DNA of 64,000 bases from Octopus vulgaris (taxonomy: Eukaryota): the NCBI GenBank assembly GCA_951406725.2, contig OX597822.1, positions 56,916,001 to 56,980,000 of the forward strand. The letters run 5' to 3'. Below are positions 25,110 to 39,449 of the stretch, one piece after another. The number at the start of each line of letters is the position of its first letter. Within the stretch, counting starts at the first letter, position 1. The notes beneath the pieces were generated by a model. That model saw only the letters and a program-made list of their open reading frames with translations. It made no database searches and was not told where the DNA came from. Made by a program: the position numbers and the translations under genes.

Positions 25110-26214
25110 TTTCAAATGAAAGTGGTGTCTGTTCTTTCTTTTTCTTTTTTGTTTTGGGGAAATGTGGTGGGTGAGTTTGGTGTCTGTATGGGTCTGAGGG
25201 TCGGTCTGAGTGGTCTTGGGTGGAATGGAGTTGGACTGGGGTACCACATCACATTCAGTGTTCTTTCTTTTTTCATATTCTTCCTTCTACTTTGTGTTAT
25301 TCTCCATTCTTCCTCCTTTTCTTCCTTTCCTCTGTCTGTCTTTTCTTCCTCTCTTTTCTCTTCTGTCTCCACAACTGTTTCCTCTGCTATTGTCATGTGG
25401 CCCTTTTGGCGACATTTAAAACAATGTGGTACTCTACCCACACTCAGCACAATTTCCCCCTACGTCACCGTCTCTCTCAAACTCTCCAGGTGTCCCTCCT
25501 CCATCTGTATAATCAATTCCAATATCATCACTTTTCAACATCCTTCCTCCGTTTATGTGGCTTGAAGGAGAGCCGCTTTCTCCTCACTTCCAACAAGGAC
25601 AGCCACCGCCACCCAAGCCACTTCTATATCAGGTGGGATTGGCTCTACTCTTACCTTGGAAGTCTTTCTTCCAAGGTATATTAGCAGAAGCACTACTTCC
25701 TCTGTTTTCACTGCCACACTCGCCAGCCTCCTCGCCTCCTCTACTATCCTAAATTGGACGACTATTGTTCCATATCTCCTTCCTTTTGTTATGTATATTC
25801 TTTCTTTCAACTTCTCTCTTAGCGCCTTTTCCGTTTCAGCTTCCCCCTGCTCGTTTTTTTTTTACCTTTTAACGAGAACACCTTATAGGTGATCGTTTTT
25901 CACTCCATCCGCTCCATAATTCCTTTGGGGGCAACAACCTCAAGTCCCCTCCCACCTTCTGTACCGTCTTCTCATACTCCTTCAGACCAGCCAAGTCCAG
26001 CTCCCTTCGCTTCATTTCCGTGGCCTCAGCAAAACTCCTTGTCTTCTCCAATAGTCAGTCCATCTTTATGACCGCCCTTACCAGCTCCTCCTCTGCTGAA
26101 GACAACTCCGACCCCCTAACGTCTGAGTACATTGTCTCTACTTTCAAAGCATCACAAAAAACGTCCGACTTGTACAAAAATGACAAACTTAATGCACTCT
26201 GGGTAACGCATGCG
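25110..26214 (-). mobile_element. Gag-like ORF1 remnant of a non-LTR (probably Tx1/L1-clade) element
   Basis: RSFAEA N-terminus, RRM-like SKVRVEPIPPDI, zinc knuckle GRVPHCFKCRQKGH, acidic/basic tail. Confidence 0.7.
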
Positions 26215-28479
26215 CAGAAGCAAGCTTCTTACCACACAGCCGCCCCTACGCCTATATAAAATATTTTGCTCTAAAGTAGAGAGTAATGCCCATGTGTGTT
26301 AGAAAGATGGAGTGATCTCTTCCGTCCTTGTCAAGTGTAGTGTTAACCGTCTCTCCTTTTATATATATTAGAAAATTCTCTTCACGCAGTCACAATATTT
26401 GAAATGTATTTTTTGAGACTAGAGATAATTAATTTCACAGTGAAAAAGTATTTGATTAACAAACAGGTTCGTGCAGATCTAATGGAAAGATGATTTGTGT
26501 TAACTGATTGTTTGAAATTATAAAAACAGCATGCATTTGACAAAGACTTTCATCAGCTCTATGCAAATCTATATTATTTAAAGTTTTCATTCCAGATTAC
26601 TCTTATCATGAAACCAATAGTACTCATAACCCATAAATAAATAACTTTCTTTTATCCAATAATACGGTTTTGAACACTCATTCTCACTAATTGTAATTGA
26701 CGTCATACTTATTCACAACTGACTTTTTTCCTTTTTTGGCTTTAAATTGCGTATAGCTGCCTTCGTTATTTTATAATTTTCCCATTACCGTTTTGCTGAA
26801 TCAACCATAGATTCATTTGGTAAATACTATATAGTAACAGACGGGATTTAGTCAAATCATCCTGCAATGGAGTAGTCACTATTGATGAGCTTTAATTTTA
26901 GGTGAAACTAAACTAGTATAGTGATCTCGCTCGCTGTGGGGGGCTTATCTCCACTGTCACTCTATGGAACTATGCTTCCTTGCAGCTAAGATTTTTTAAC
27001 TCTTAATTCTAGTGATGTAAGTGCTACCCTGCACTGTCAGTCACAATTAGTGACAATTGAATTTTTCTTCTTGGGTTTTATATTACGTATAGTCGCCTTC
27101 GTTGAGCTATATATACACACACGCGCACACACGCACACACGTGCACACACCCACTGATACCGTTGTACCTAATGACAATGATTTCTCATTTTAGCACAGG
27201 AATAAAAAAGTATGGATGTATATAATTGGTATCTACTTTTAGCATATCATTAGTAGTTTTTTTTCGATTAGAAGGGATGAGTGGTACTGTCGACTTCGGT
27301 GAAATTTAAATTCAGAGGGTTGCGTTCTATCCAATTCTACCCACTTAATCTTCACGGATGCAATGATTGATTAGACATCGATCAATGTACAGTAGAAACG
27401 GTAAAGCATCAGATGAAATAGAAATATTTCATAACACCTCTGCAAATCCGACATCAATCTCAGGTCTACCTTCCGACATTATGCTCAGGTCTACCTTCCT
27501 TCTTTCTTCCTGCATCTGTTGAATTATTTCCAGTATAGACAAAAGCCTGAAATATAGTGGGAAGTGGTTACTTGATAAAACTGCCTCCAGTGCTCAGCTG
27601 TTACATATTATCGCTCCCAAGAAGGTGAAAGATAAAAGTGAACCTTGGCAACACTTGAATTCAGATTGTAAAGCCGGAAGAAATACTACTAAGCATTTTG
27701 CCCTGCGTTGCAGTCATGATTCTGCCAACTAAACGCTTATCAGCTTCTGTCGAATAATATCAATTCAAATTCTACCAACGTCAACTTTACATTTTGCTTC
27801 TCCGAGGCCGATAAAATAGAGTATTGAGTCAGTGATGTCGACTAATTTCCTCCCCTTAAAATTACTGGCCTTCTTCCTATAGTATAAAATAATTATTACA
27901 ATTGCACGCATTTCTAAATTTATGGAAATTTTAGCATTACGTTTATCGACTGGCCTTTTAAAGATTCATTTGATTTATACAAATATTGCGTGTTATAGGT
28001 ATCAAGACACCACTTTAGAATGTTTTGAGTCTTTTCTAAATCAGATTTTAATATTTTTTGTTTATGTGTCTGCTGTTTTTTTTTTAAATATTCTTTCATC
28101 AATCTTTTTTAACTTTCTGCTTATATCAATAAAAATTTCACTATTAATTAATGTATAGGAAATGAAAAGATATTTTGTCATTTCCCCTAAGCATAGTGAA
28201 AATTTCAATGTTGAGATTTTTTTCATAAGATTTTTTCTTAAAGACCAGCTATTTTACGGTCAATGACAATATTTTCGACGAAAATCTAGGACTACTGCGG
28301 GGACGAAAATAATCCCTCCTTTGTAAGTTTAGTTACGAGTTCTCTGGAGATTACGATGTATCAAAAACCACAAAGAAATTACGAGAACTCTTTCTTTAAA
28401 TATATGAAAGAAAACAGAAAAAAAAGGTAATTTAAAAAAGAATTTAAAACACGATTCACCATTTCGCTCTCATTTTTAG

Positions 28480-29355
28480 AATTCCTAATAAAGAAAATCA
28501 ACAACCAAATAGAGACCGACACTTACTATAAAACTACCAACTCTAAACAATACCTTCCATTCGAATCCTGCCATCTGAGTCACACCTGAATGAATATCCC
28601 TCAAAATCTAGCTAATCAACACTATCTGATGCAAACATTTGCGACATAAAACACATTGACTTAAAGGATACACTCCTTGACAGGAATCACCCACCATCCT
28701 TAATTGATAATACGATACAAAGAGTAAAAAAAAATTCAATATCTCGCAACTAAGACAAACAAAGAAATATCTTTGTTTGTCTTATGATACATTTCTACCT
28801 ATAATTCTCCCACTCCAAATGAGACTTACAACATAATACTCCAAATATACCGAGACTGAAAAAGACACCACGTTGAACCAAACATACAATCGTAAAGTGC
28901 AAATATCAACCAAGATTAATGAAAAAATACTAACAAAAGTCTAACTTCACACAATCGCAACAAGATCGACAATATAAAAAATGCTGAAGTCTCAACTGTG
29001 GTGTATATTTTAATCAGACGGAAGGATCAGTTTTCTGTTTTTAAACATGGACAACTCCTCGCAATACAGAATAATTTCAGCTGCGCATCTGGAACCAAAT
29101 GTGTGAAATTACTTGTTCAGGTTGTGGAGAGAATTACATTTGGACAAAGTAGAGGGTTATTAAAACAATGCATAACTCTATGTAAATCACAAATTTAAAT
29201 GCGGGAATACAGACAAATAAAACTCAGTCAGCTGCAGCTAAGATACAGCCAAATTTTCAAATGTTCTCCTTATATCAGTTTAGCGATTACACAAAACAAC
29301 AACGTATCATCAAGGAAACAACTTCCATAACGAAATACCGACTACTTCTAAATAG
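28480..29355 (+). mobile_element. Degenerate Penelope-like element (RT thumb to GIY-YIG)
   Basis: IETDTYYKTTNSKQYLPFESCH; FKHGQLLAIQNNFSCAS...TCSGCGENYI, homologous to 12850-12990. Confidence 0.82.
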
Positions 29356-30509
29356 TTGTGGGAGAGAGTGAGGGGAGAAAGAGAGGGGGAGGGAGGGATA
29401 GAGAGATAACTATAGCCACTCCTAATGCAACTTTTATGATAAAGCTGTTACTGCTACTAGAGGTGAGTTTGGCGCAATCACCACCACGACAGCTACAACC
29501 ACCAGCGTTGCTACTGCTACTCATACTAAGAGTCAATCCTTAATCAGAAAGGACAACTGCCACCACTTGAACTCTTACTATTACTATACCCAGCTTCAAT
29601 TAGAAGGAAACGAAATACCAGTACCGTGTGACTTTTACAAGAAAAGCACGTGACATTCTAGGACTGATATAAAAGATTAATTTCATTTCATTTATTTTAA
29701 TATATTTCTTTATATTTCAGCGTGACTAAATCGTTTATTAAAGTAATTTGAAACGGTAGGATATTTTCCTGAAACTCTAAATACTTTCCTCATCCGTCAT
29801 GCATTTTCTTTTTAACATAAATTCACTCGGCTGGCTTTGTGCCAAAATTTTAAACTAATATAAATTTACTTTGTGAAACTTTAACATTTTCAATACAATA
29901 TATGTATATGAATGTAATGCACAAGCTAGAAAACTAGCCTAGAGCAGTGTTTCTCCTAGCTTCTATAAAAATACCGACGCATAAAAGAGAGAAAGAGTGA
30001 CAAAGTAATTGTAAGAAAGAGGTATTTGTTATGTGGCTCATGAAATATATTTACGTATTATTCTTTTATATAGCTAATATTTTTGTAAATATTTCGCTTA
30101 GCCTCTATACTCATTTATAATTCTAAAACAAACAAATTATATATGAGATTTTCAGATAGCCGTGTCAAAAACGAGCAAAGCCTTCAAATAAAGAACTAAA
30201 TATGTGTTCATAGCTATATCATGTACCTCTTAATAGTCTGCCTCACCGTATGTATACACCAGAGATACAGCGCGCCTCGTAAGGAGTAGTAAGACTATCA
30301 GGCTGAAACATCTTTCGTTCGCTTGAATAAAGAGCTTGAACTCCTTATCTGTGTAAAGCTTAAAATGGGATGAGTTACGCCAAACAGAAAGAGTATATAT
30401 ATATCAAAAAATGAAATATTCGAGAATACTCCAATGATCCAATATGTTATGGACATAAGATGCGAATATTGTTGTTGCAGTTGTTCCAGGAGAGGCTGGT
30501 ATAATGGCT

Positions 30510-30710
30510 TCGAATTTTGGAACAAGGCCAGCAATTTTGGGAGATGCTATATGTCAACTCCAATGCTCAACTGGTACTCATTTAATCGACCCCGAAAGGA
30601 TCAAAGACAAATTTGGCCTCGGCGAAATTTGAACTTAAAACGTACAGATGGACAAAATGCCGCCAAGCATTTCCGCCGGCGTGCTAACGACTCTACCAGC
30701 TCGCCGCCTT
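30510..30710 (-). mobile_element. Meta-domain SINE
   Basis: cgaccccgaaaggatcaaag...cggcgtgctaacgactctaccagctcgccgcc. Confidence 0.85.
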
Positions 30711-31569
30711 GGATGCGGTTTAAGCCATTGTCAATAATTTAAGCAAATAATCAAAGTAGGAGAAAGGATGTCTAGATCTATACCACACCTTGTTGAGTCC
30801 AAATCTCATGTGGTTCAACTCTAGTTCTCCTGATTCATGAATTGTTAAATAAAATATACTACGAAGATATATAGAATTTCTTACAAAATTTGTTATGCCC
30901 AATCAAAAGAAATTAGTATGTCCTTGGTTGATCCTAAAACGACAGTCAAAGTAAACGAGGGGTCTGTGATGTATCTAAACAAAATAGAAAAACAAGTGGC
31001 AAACAAAACGAAATAATTAATCTGTACTGACACGTAATAGAGAAAAACATCTTGGCGTCACTAAAAACATAACAAAATCAATAAGAACTTCAAAGCCATA
31101 CAATAACGGGAAAATAAATAATTCTACATGAAACAGAATGTGTAAAACGAACCGGATACCGATATTGATTTCCATGAGCAAACATAACGGACTAAAATAT
31201 GAATTTCTCTCGTACAATAATCCTAAGATTACATCTAACAGAAAAATATTTCCTAGACATTGCGAAATATGCAGTCTGATAATTCTCTAAAATTAAATCA
31301 AAGCTTTGAAATTGGTGACTTCAACATCGAATGTGTTGTAATAAAATCATCTACCTGTAGAATATATGGAAAATAATATTTTAAGAAACAAACTTTGACA
31401 ATATCAGTTGACTTTTGATCATCGTCAACAAATTTCATAAACAAATAAGAAATCTAACAAAATATGAAACTCATTAAACGGAAATATGTTGATTAGATAA
31501 AATTGTCTAAGACACAGACGAAATGCTGATGATGATGATTGAAATGATTACAAAGAAATATTGGGTTAA

Positions 31570-31601
<32 letters not shown>

Positions 31602-31854
31602 CACAAGACTTGGCAGTAACAGTGTTCGGCATCACGAAACGGATGATAATATCAAATACCCGCTGATATCAATTTTCAAACGGTAAACGTCCTCCATTAG
31701 CTCGCAGTAACGTCTTCCAAATTCTAGACTATAAATGCAATGATAGTCTGCACAAACGCATTGAAAGATGGTAATATCAACATACTCCATGTAGCAGCTT
31801 TCAACTGATTAGAAAATACTCATGCCGCGAGGAAAAGCCATTTAATTATTAATA

Positions 31855-32465
31855 TACTCCTTCTAATTTTGGCACAAGGCAAGCAATTTGAAAGAAGTTA
31901 GTCGACTGTATCGACCCCGGCTCTGAACTAGTACTTATTTTATCGACCTGACAGGATGAAATACAAAAAATTACCTCAGCAGTATTTGAACTCAGAACGT
32001 AAAATATGACCTCAAGATTTCGCCAGAACATCGCATTTATTATTAATATTGGTTTCAAATTTTGGCATAAGACTGAAAGTTTGTGGGGAGAAGTTAAGTT
32101 GATTGCATCGACTTCTAGTGATCAGCTGATACTTATTTTAGCGATGGAATGGAATAAAAACAAAGATAATTGTAACGGGATTTGAACTCAGAACGTGCAA
32201 GATTAAGACTACCCTACCAATATTGCCACTCCTACATCCTATGTTATGCATAAATAACGGTGTTTGAGTTGGGCACAAGACCAGCAATGTGGGGGGAGGG
32301 AGGAGGTTAATAGATTTATCGATCCCAGTATTGGATTGTAAATTATTTTGTCGACCACCAAGGGATTAAAAACAAAGTTGGTGTAGGTGGGATTTGAACA
32401 AAAAGGTGATGAGCCAGAAGAGATACAACAAAGCATTTTTCCGAAGATCTTATTGCTTCCAGCTC
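31855..32465 (-). mobile_element. Tandem cluster of three diverged Meta-domain SINEs
   Basis: Repeated ggcacaag...tcga...ccagt...acttatttt.tcgac...atttgaactcagaacgt blocks. Confidence 0.7.
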
Positions 32466-32639
32466 GATACCCTAAAACTGCGCTTAGAAAATAAAAACAA
32501 GTAAATTACATCGTTCTCAGCTGATAGAATGTACGAAAATCTATTACCATCAACTGAAAGGGATTTCTAGCAAGGGATTTAAAATAAATATTCAAATATT
32601 AACGTTTTAATTACTATCAAGTTAAATGGATAATTCGTT

Positions 32640-33071
32640 GTTCCATCGGAATTATTCATGCTGATTTAGTTCGAAGAAAAACTAGAATGAAGATTACCTA
32701 CAGAGAATGAAAAGAGTTACAGTAGAATTTGTGCCTCGCTTGCTCCAGGAAGATCAAAAGCAGTCACGACTGAAGGCATGTCCTGAACTGAAAGAACAGT
32801 TGGAAGTTGATCTGGACCTTTTGTCGAAGGTCATTACTGGTGACGAAAGCTGGTGCTACGGAATTTGCAGATGTAGAAGAGATGAAGGAAAGAACAACGG
32901 AGACATTAAAAGACATCACTTCACAAAAGTTCCAGCACCGCTTGGAACAGTAGAAAATGCCTCTGAACAGATGTATTGCATTAAATGTAGATTACTTTGA
33001 AGGCGATATAAGTGTAAACATGTAAAACTAAAATAATATTGCAAAATTCCGGTTTTATTTAGGTTCCTCCC

Positions 33072-33074
<3 letters not shown>
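32640..33074 (+). mobile_element. Internally deleted mariner remnant with 3' TIR
   Basis: FVPRLL...ITGDESWCYG joined directly to the C-terminal FADVEEMK...DYFEGD; ends aaattccggttttatttaggttcctcccgTA. Confidence 0.88.
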
Positions 33075-33125
<51 letters not shown>

Positions 33126-34731
33126 TGGGGATAATAAATTTAAGACCGATGATAAAAGTTCTATTTCATACAAAATACTTTGTTACAAACACCATACACA
33201 ATTATTTCTATCTTTTACACCTTATGTAGAATTTATTTCTCTTTTGAATGATGCAGACAATAACTTGAAGAATTCTAATACTAAATTAATATAAACGTTT
33301 CAAATTTACCGGCAAAATTAGTTTAAGACCATGTAATATGTATGCAAATTTTTTTGCCAAAATTGGTGGTCACACAACTAGCCTAACTGCACTGAATAAT
33401 GTTATAATTTAACGTTATTACACATTTGATTAATAATGGGAAAACAACGTCCAGATCTTTAACTATAGCTCCAGACTACCTAATGCCTTGTGAGCGTATT
33501 TGAGAATTTGCTAAGTGGGAGCGAAATTGATCCGTCCTGGTATGTAAATCTGTGTTCGTGCGTGTGTGTGTGTGTGTCTGTGTCTGTGTGTATGTGTGTG
33601 TTTGTATGTCTGTGTGTGTGTGTGTCTGTGTGTTTCCACAGTAATTTAGTGATTAGACCGTTAGAATAAGTGCTTGACGTGAAATAAGAACTGGAGTTGA
33701 TTTGATTAATTAAACCTTTCAATTCAACGACTTCTAAATCAAAGAACTTCTATGGATGTGTGGGAGTGTGTGCAGGTGCAGCGGGCTCCTGTGGAGTTTC
33801 CATCAACCAAATTCAATTCACTGTAGTAGAAGTCACTTGCCCAATCTGTCACGCATATATTTATTTACTATGTTTATAGAGAAACAATATATGCAATTGT
33901 ATTTATTACAGTCTGGTGTTTAATTTAGCGACCAAGAGCGGAATATAAGAGGAAATTGAAAGATAATCCATTTGAATCGCTGATTTGCCATTCCAAAACT
34001 TTGACAGTGACAAAACTGCAAATTGCAAAAGAGAGATTTGCTTGAACAGACTTACTGCACTACTTCACTAAAACTTATTTAATCGATCGAAGTGGAAATT
34101 GAACGAGGAAAAAGACGGAACTAAACACTGCAAGGTAATTTTCTGTGATTCGTGTTTCTGACATTGAACTGCCCTTGATGTTTATTCCATTGACAAAAGG
34201 CCCACAATTTTCATAATAATTTTTCCTACTCTAGGCATGAAGTCTGAAATTCTTTAGGGATTGCATCGCCAATTACATCAGAATGCCATGATTATATAGA
34301 ATGCCAAGCCACTTATATATTAATTCAGGAATTGGTAATTCAGTTGATCGAATAACTGAATCCTCATGATCGAACGATGCAGATCTCCCAACATATGAAT
34401 AATATATGAATAGTAGTAATAACAACAATAGCAACATCAAAATTGATTTCTAACATAGATACACGGTTTCAAATGTCACCTGAGTAGCTTGTGAATTCAT
34501 TCCATTCCAATAAATGATTCTTAGTTATTTTATCGACTCTGGTATGATAAAAGTTAAAATTGACTTCGGTACGATTTGAACAAAAAGGGCTGGATCTTGG
34601 CTGACGCTTCCATCATTCAAATCTACATACTGACCTTATGATAATATTGGTTTCATAATCTGGCACAAGGTCAGCAACTTTGGGGAAGGAGGTTAATAGA
34701 GTTATCATCGGTCTTAAATTTATTATCGCCA

Positions 34732-34769
<38 letters not shown>

Positions 34770-34771
<2 letters not shown>

Positions 34772-35110
34772 GCGGAGGAACCTAAATGAAACCGGAATTT
34801 TGCAATATTATTGAACTGGAACTTTTGTGAAGTGATGTCTTTTAATGTCTCCGTTGTTCTTTCCTTCATCTCTTCTACATCTGCAAATTCCGTAGCACCA
34901 GCTTTCGTCACCAGTAATGACCTTCGACAAAAGGTCCAGATCAACTTCCAACTGTTCTTTCAGTTCAGGACATGCCTTCAGTCGTGACTGCTTTTGATCT
35001 TCCTGGAGCAAGCGAGGCACAAATTCTACTGTAACTCTTTTCATTCTCTGTAGGTAATCTTCATTCTAGTTTTTCTTCGAACTAAATCAGCATGAATAAT
35101 TCCGATGGAA
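34770..35110 (-). mobile_element. Inverted copy of the mariner remnant
   Basis: Same peptide as 32707-32935 on the minus strand. Confidence 0.88.
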
Positions 35111-36249
35111 CAACGAATTATCCATTTAACTTGACAAGAATTGAAACGTTTATAATTGAATGTTTATTTTAAATCCCTTGCTAGAAATCCCTTTCAGTTG
35201 ATGGTAATAGATTTTCGTACATTCTATCAGCTGAGAACAACGTAATTTACTTGTTTTCATTTTCTAAGCACAGTTTTAGGGTATCGAGCTGGAAGCAATT
35301 AGATCTTCGGAAAAATGCTTTGTTGTATCTCTTCTGGCTCATCACCTTTTTAGTTCAAATCCCACCTACACCAACTTTGCTTTTAATCCCTTGGTGGTCG
35401 ACAAAATAATTTACAATCCAATACTGGGATCGATAACTCTATTGTACCGACCTCAGTCCCAGTGCTCAACGACCCCAAAATGATGAAAGGCAAAGTCAAC
35501 CACGGCGGAATTTGAACTCAGAACGTAAAAAGGGATGAAATGCCGCCGCGCATTTTTTGTCTGGCATGCGATACTGCCAGCTCGCCCACCTTATAATAAT
35601 ATTGATTTGTAATATAGACACAATGTCAGGAACTTATAGGGAGGGGAAATTTGATTATATTGAAGAATGAAAAACATATTTGTACTCGGGATTTGTACTC
35701 CCAATGTAAAGGGCCGTAACTGCAGGACATTTTGTCCTACGTTCTGACGATTCTTACCATTCCAGCGTATTTATAGCACTGTTTATATAACTGTTCGCCC
35801 TATGCTGCTTGATTGTTACTCAAGAGGGGGTTCAATAAACTAAAAGACAAAATATCTTCCGATTAAGTCTCTTGGTGTTTTGATTTCAGATTTCAAATGT
35901 CTCCAAGGTTTACTTCGTAATGCATTCTTCTGACGTCAAAAAAGTAAGAGCCGAAGTCCTGATTAAGGATTAGAATAAATTTATTCGACTTGATCTTTTC
36001 TAAAATTTGTTACTTCATTCATATGTTGAATATCAATTTTATTATTGGCTAAAGCAATAGAAGGCAGAATCCGACAAAATTCCCTGCAGTATTTCGTCGG
36101 GGTATTTTTATATATTCGACTTTGCCTCTTATATTTATAGGAGTGTACAAGACATGTAGCGGTCATGTAATGGAGTGCCACAGATCTTCCCACAAAAGTT
36201 TGACCTTGTGTCTACATTAGAAATATTTATTATTTGTGTTGTGGTGGAA

Positions 36250-36725
36250 GGTAATGAACTGGCAGAATCGTTAAAGCGTCATTTTTCTCAGCTCTTTGAG
36301 TTCTGATCTCAGAGCAAGGGTCAACTTTGCCTTTCATCCTTTCGGGTCGATAGCATAAGTATCAGCTGAGTACAACGGAGATGTAATCGACTGACCCTCT
36401 ACCACATATCTTTATGTTCTGAGCTCAAAATCCTGCCACAGTATGTGAGGTCTTTTCGTCTTTTCAGGGTTGATAAAAGGAAGTATCAGTCAAGTACTGA
36501 TTGGATGTAATTTACTTGACCCCTGTCCTCAGTGTTGTTGGCCTTGTGATAAAATTTGATACCATTATTGTCGTGATGGGCAACAAGATTGCTAGAGCGT
36601 CAGATATAATTAACGATTATTGATATTTAATAACTTACATTCTAAACTCACACCACACCGAGGTGACTTAACCTTTTATCCTTCCAGCGTCGATAAAATA
36701 GATACCAACCATGTACTGAGGTTAG
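36250..36725 (+). mobile_element. Cluster of diverged Meta-domain SINEs
   Basis: gcctttcatcctttcgggtcgatagcataagtatcag core and two further variants. Confidence 0.7.
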
Positions 36726-38539
36726 TTTAAAAAATTGTCTCCATATTTCAATATTTAAATCAATCCCTCACATTGCGTCAATTTGTTAATACTTTTATTT
36801 CTCCTTTATCTTAATCCTTGCCACTTACCCTTTTAGTTGGGTCTTTCGGAATATCTTCTTTATTTCTCTCTTAACTGAAAGTTAATCATATTTCATTATT
36901 GCATTGTTGTGCTGGTAGTGGTAGTGACGGTTGAGCTTTTTGTTCCTTTTGTTTCCTCATAATGTGTAATTATTAAAATTCGTTTTACTTACACATTGAT
37001 ATTTTCTTCATTATTTCAGTTGCTCATCAATATTTTTGAATTGCCTTAGCTTTATCATAAATTCTTCCTTCTATCAAATTAAATTATTTTGTTTGAAGCC
37101 AATCTCGGTATTTTCTCCGTCCTCAACATTCATCATAGTTTTACTGTAAATTAGCATAAAATTAACGTTCAACTATATTTGAACTGCTGCATCTGAAAAT
37201 ACTTGAAAGGGATACACTTTAGCATCTCAGGGCATCGCTATTGTTATCGATATTTAACATATTTTCACGGTTGACGCAGAAGTATTTTAAGTTTCCCAGC
37301 CTCCAGTGCTTGGGTTTATCATCACAGTATCTCTTTATCAAATTGCTCTGAGGGCTTTACCTCCTATTTCTGTGGACTAAAATGTATTACATATAAAACT
37401 AACACTTGGCCGAGACAGTCAGGATGAGACTTATTTTATAGATTGCAAGGATGAAACGAAAAAGAAAATTTTTACTAAGATTTTAAATTCTGCATGTAAA
37501 TTAATAGTGAAATATCTCAAAGTATTCGTTGTGATTTTGACGTGACGTTTCCTTTAAAAGCAAAAGTATAAACCAAAATAAATAATATATTTGTGGTAGG
37601 AGGAGCTAGATCAAGAATACGATCAAGCATGGAATGAAATAGAATTATTGAAATCCTTTAATTAATGAAGTTAAGATTAAAATTCTTAATTAATGAAATT
37701 TAAATCAAATTTGCCTCACATTAGAAGTTTTCGTATTTTACTGACAATTTCATTGAGGAGAAAATTGCTAAAAATATGAAGGATAAAAATCAGCAAAAAA
37801 TAAGTTTCACTGGAGCCAAGGGGGACATAATAAAAGTACCGAAATGTTGCAGTATAATACAAACGTGGGAACAAAAGTCAAACAAATATTGTGAAGATAG
37901 AAATTTCAATAGTGAGCATCAAAATTATAAAGCCGTTTTGATAGCTTACAAAGATATTTCTTTAATAAATGAAACTTTTCCAAATGCAAAACCACTTAAT
38001 GATTGTAGAAGAGAACCAACATTACAATCTGGGGACACAGAGGACTTTATTAGGTCCCAAAGAAGAATTCACGCTGTTTTATTGATGTAGTTATTCACAA
38101 ACCATATTTATAGATATCTAGATGTATCTTCAGAGAATAAATACATCCAGAAAGTGCAGAGGAGACTAAAGGGCAATTACTAATCGATTAATTTATACTT
38201 CATGGTTATACACCTCGCGATCATAAGGTAGCGAGTTGTGCCCGTGAACAAGATCTTTCATTTAGCGTCACTCCAGTCAACTCAGTTGTAAGTGAATTCA
38301 TCTGCGTAGTGGTACAGCCCACTGTCACATCCTAGATGTGCCCCTTGATGAAGTGTGAACGGATAGAGAGGATATCGAATTTTACGACTATATGAGCATC
38401 TAAAAAGTGTAGCCAAGACATGCTCGCTTGTGACGGCTGACTACAATGTCAACTATACTTCAAGGATGAAGAAAATGGTTTACAATTCTTTCAGTAACAT
38501 AAAAGAATTGGTTTCTCACTCTGATCATAGAATATTTGG

Positions 38540-39000
38540 AAAGGATCACAAGTAGCATACAATAAATCTGGATGTTCTTTTGTGACGAGTTGTTATATTC
38601 TGTGTTTTGTCGAATATATAACCACCTTACTATGTGTGGTGACTATATATTTTGTTGAATACGTCTATGAGGACTTCTTTCATCTCTATCAACATTTAGA
38701 TTTTACTTCTTTTCCTTCTATACTTAGCCTTTGTTTTGCTGTAATGTCCCTGTGTTTCGTTTGTAGTGGATTCAGTGTCATTTTCATTGCTTTTGAGAGA
38801 TTATTTACCATATGTAAGGTCCTTTCTCTAATATCGTCTTCTTTCTTTAGCCGAGTCATATATTTTGTTTGTACTGCATTCCGTTGTGGCATATTTTCAT
38901 TGATATGTGGTTTAACTACATTGATTTGTAGTTTAAATATAAACTTATTCTTTTACAATTTTTTATTATATAGTTCCGTATGTTCGCTATGGCGTTTGGT
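38540..39000 (-). mobile_element. Highly decayed Penelope-like GIY-YIG remnant
   Basis: Minus strand NKIYS...YI..QNITTRHKEH resembles GIY-YIG YIGQT.R.I.TR.KEH; interrupted by stops. Confidence 0.45.
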
Positions 39001-39449
39001 GTTATTTTTATTTTCTCACTTCTATACTTTATTTTGTCCATTACTCATACATTTCACTTAGTGATGTCGTGTCAAATGGCTATAGCATTGACGTGTAATA
39101 AGAATCTATAATTTCAATACACTTTTGCTCACACAATTTTCTCTTCTATTTTTCGTATTTCGGGAGTTAGCAGTACAAGGAAGTTGATTTTTTTTTTTAC
39201 TTGATTGATTCTTGTTCTTCTGGTAAGAAGAACCGGCAAACATGTATCAAATTTTAAAACTAGAGATAAACGTCTTTCAGAATCAATGAGAATATTACTT
39301 GAAAGACAATAGCCAGTAATGAAAACTAATAACGGCATGAAACATACCAACGCAATAAATATTCTCTACAACAATACACATCTCAAGAAATACAAAATCA
39401 TAGATGAGGATATTAGAGTATTCGGTTGCCCGAGTAAAAAACGAATCGC

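Larger units (their letters stand above)
32309..35443. repeat. Long inverted duplication (arms 32309-33155 and 34702-35443, ~1.55-kb spacer)
   Basis: ORFs 32707(+) and 35044(-) give identical peptides over ~75 aa; flanks match in reverse complement; the right arm lacks ~100 bp. Confidence 0.95.

Noticed and set aside
24059-25684. Long Phe/Leu/Ser-rich plus-strand ORFs
   Set aside because: Antisense readings of purine-rich LINE ORF1 sequences
38582-39061. 159-aa hydrophobic ORF that could be the missing GPCR TM exons
   Set aside because: Wrong strand, no GPCR motifs; it is the T-rich antisense of a decayed retroelement
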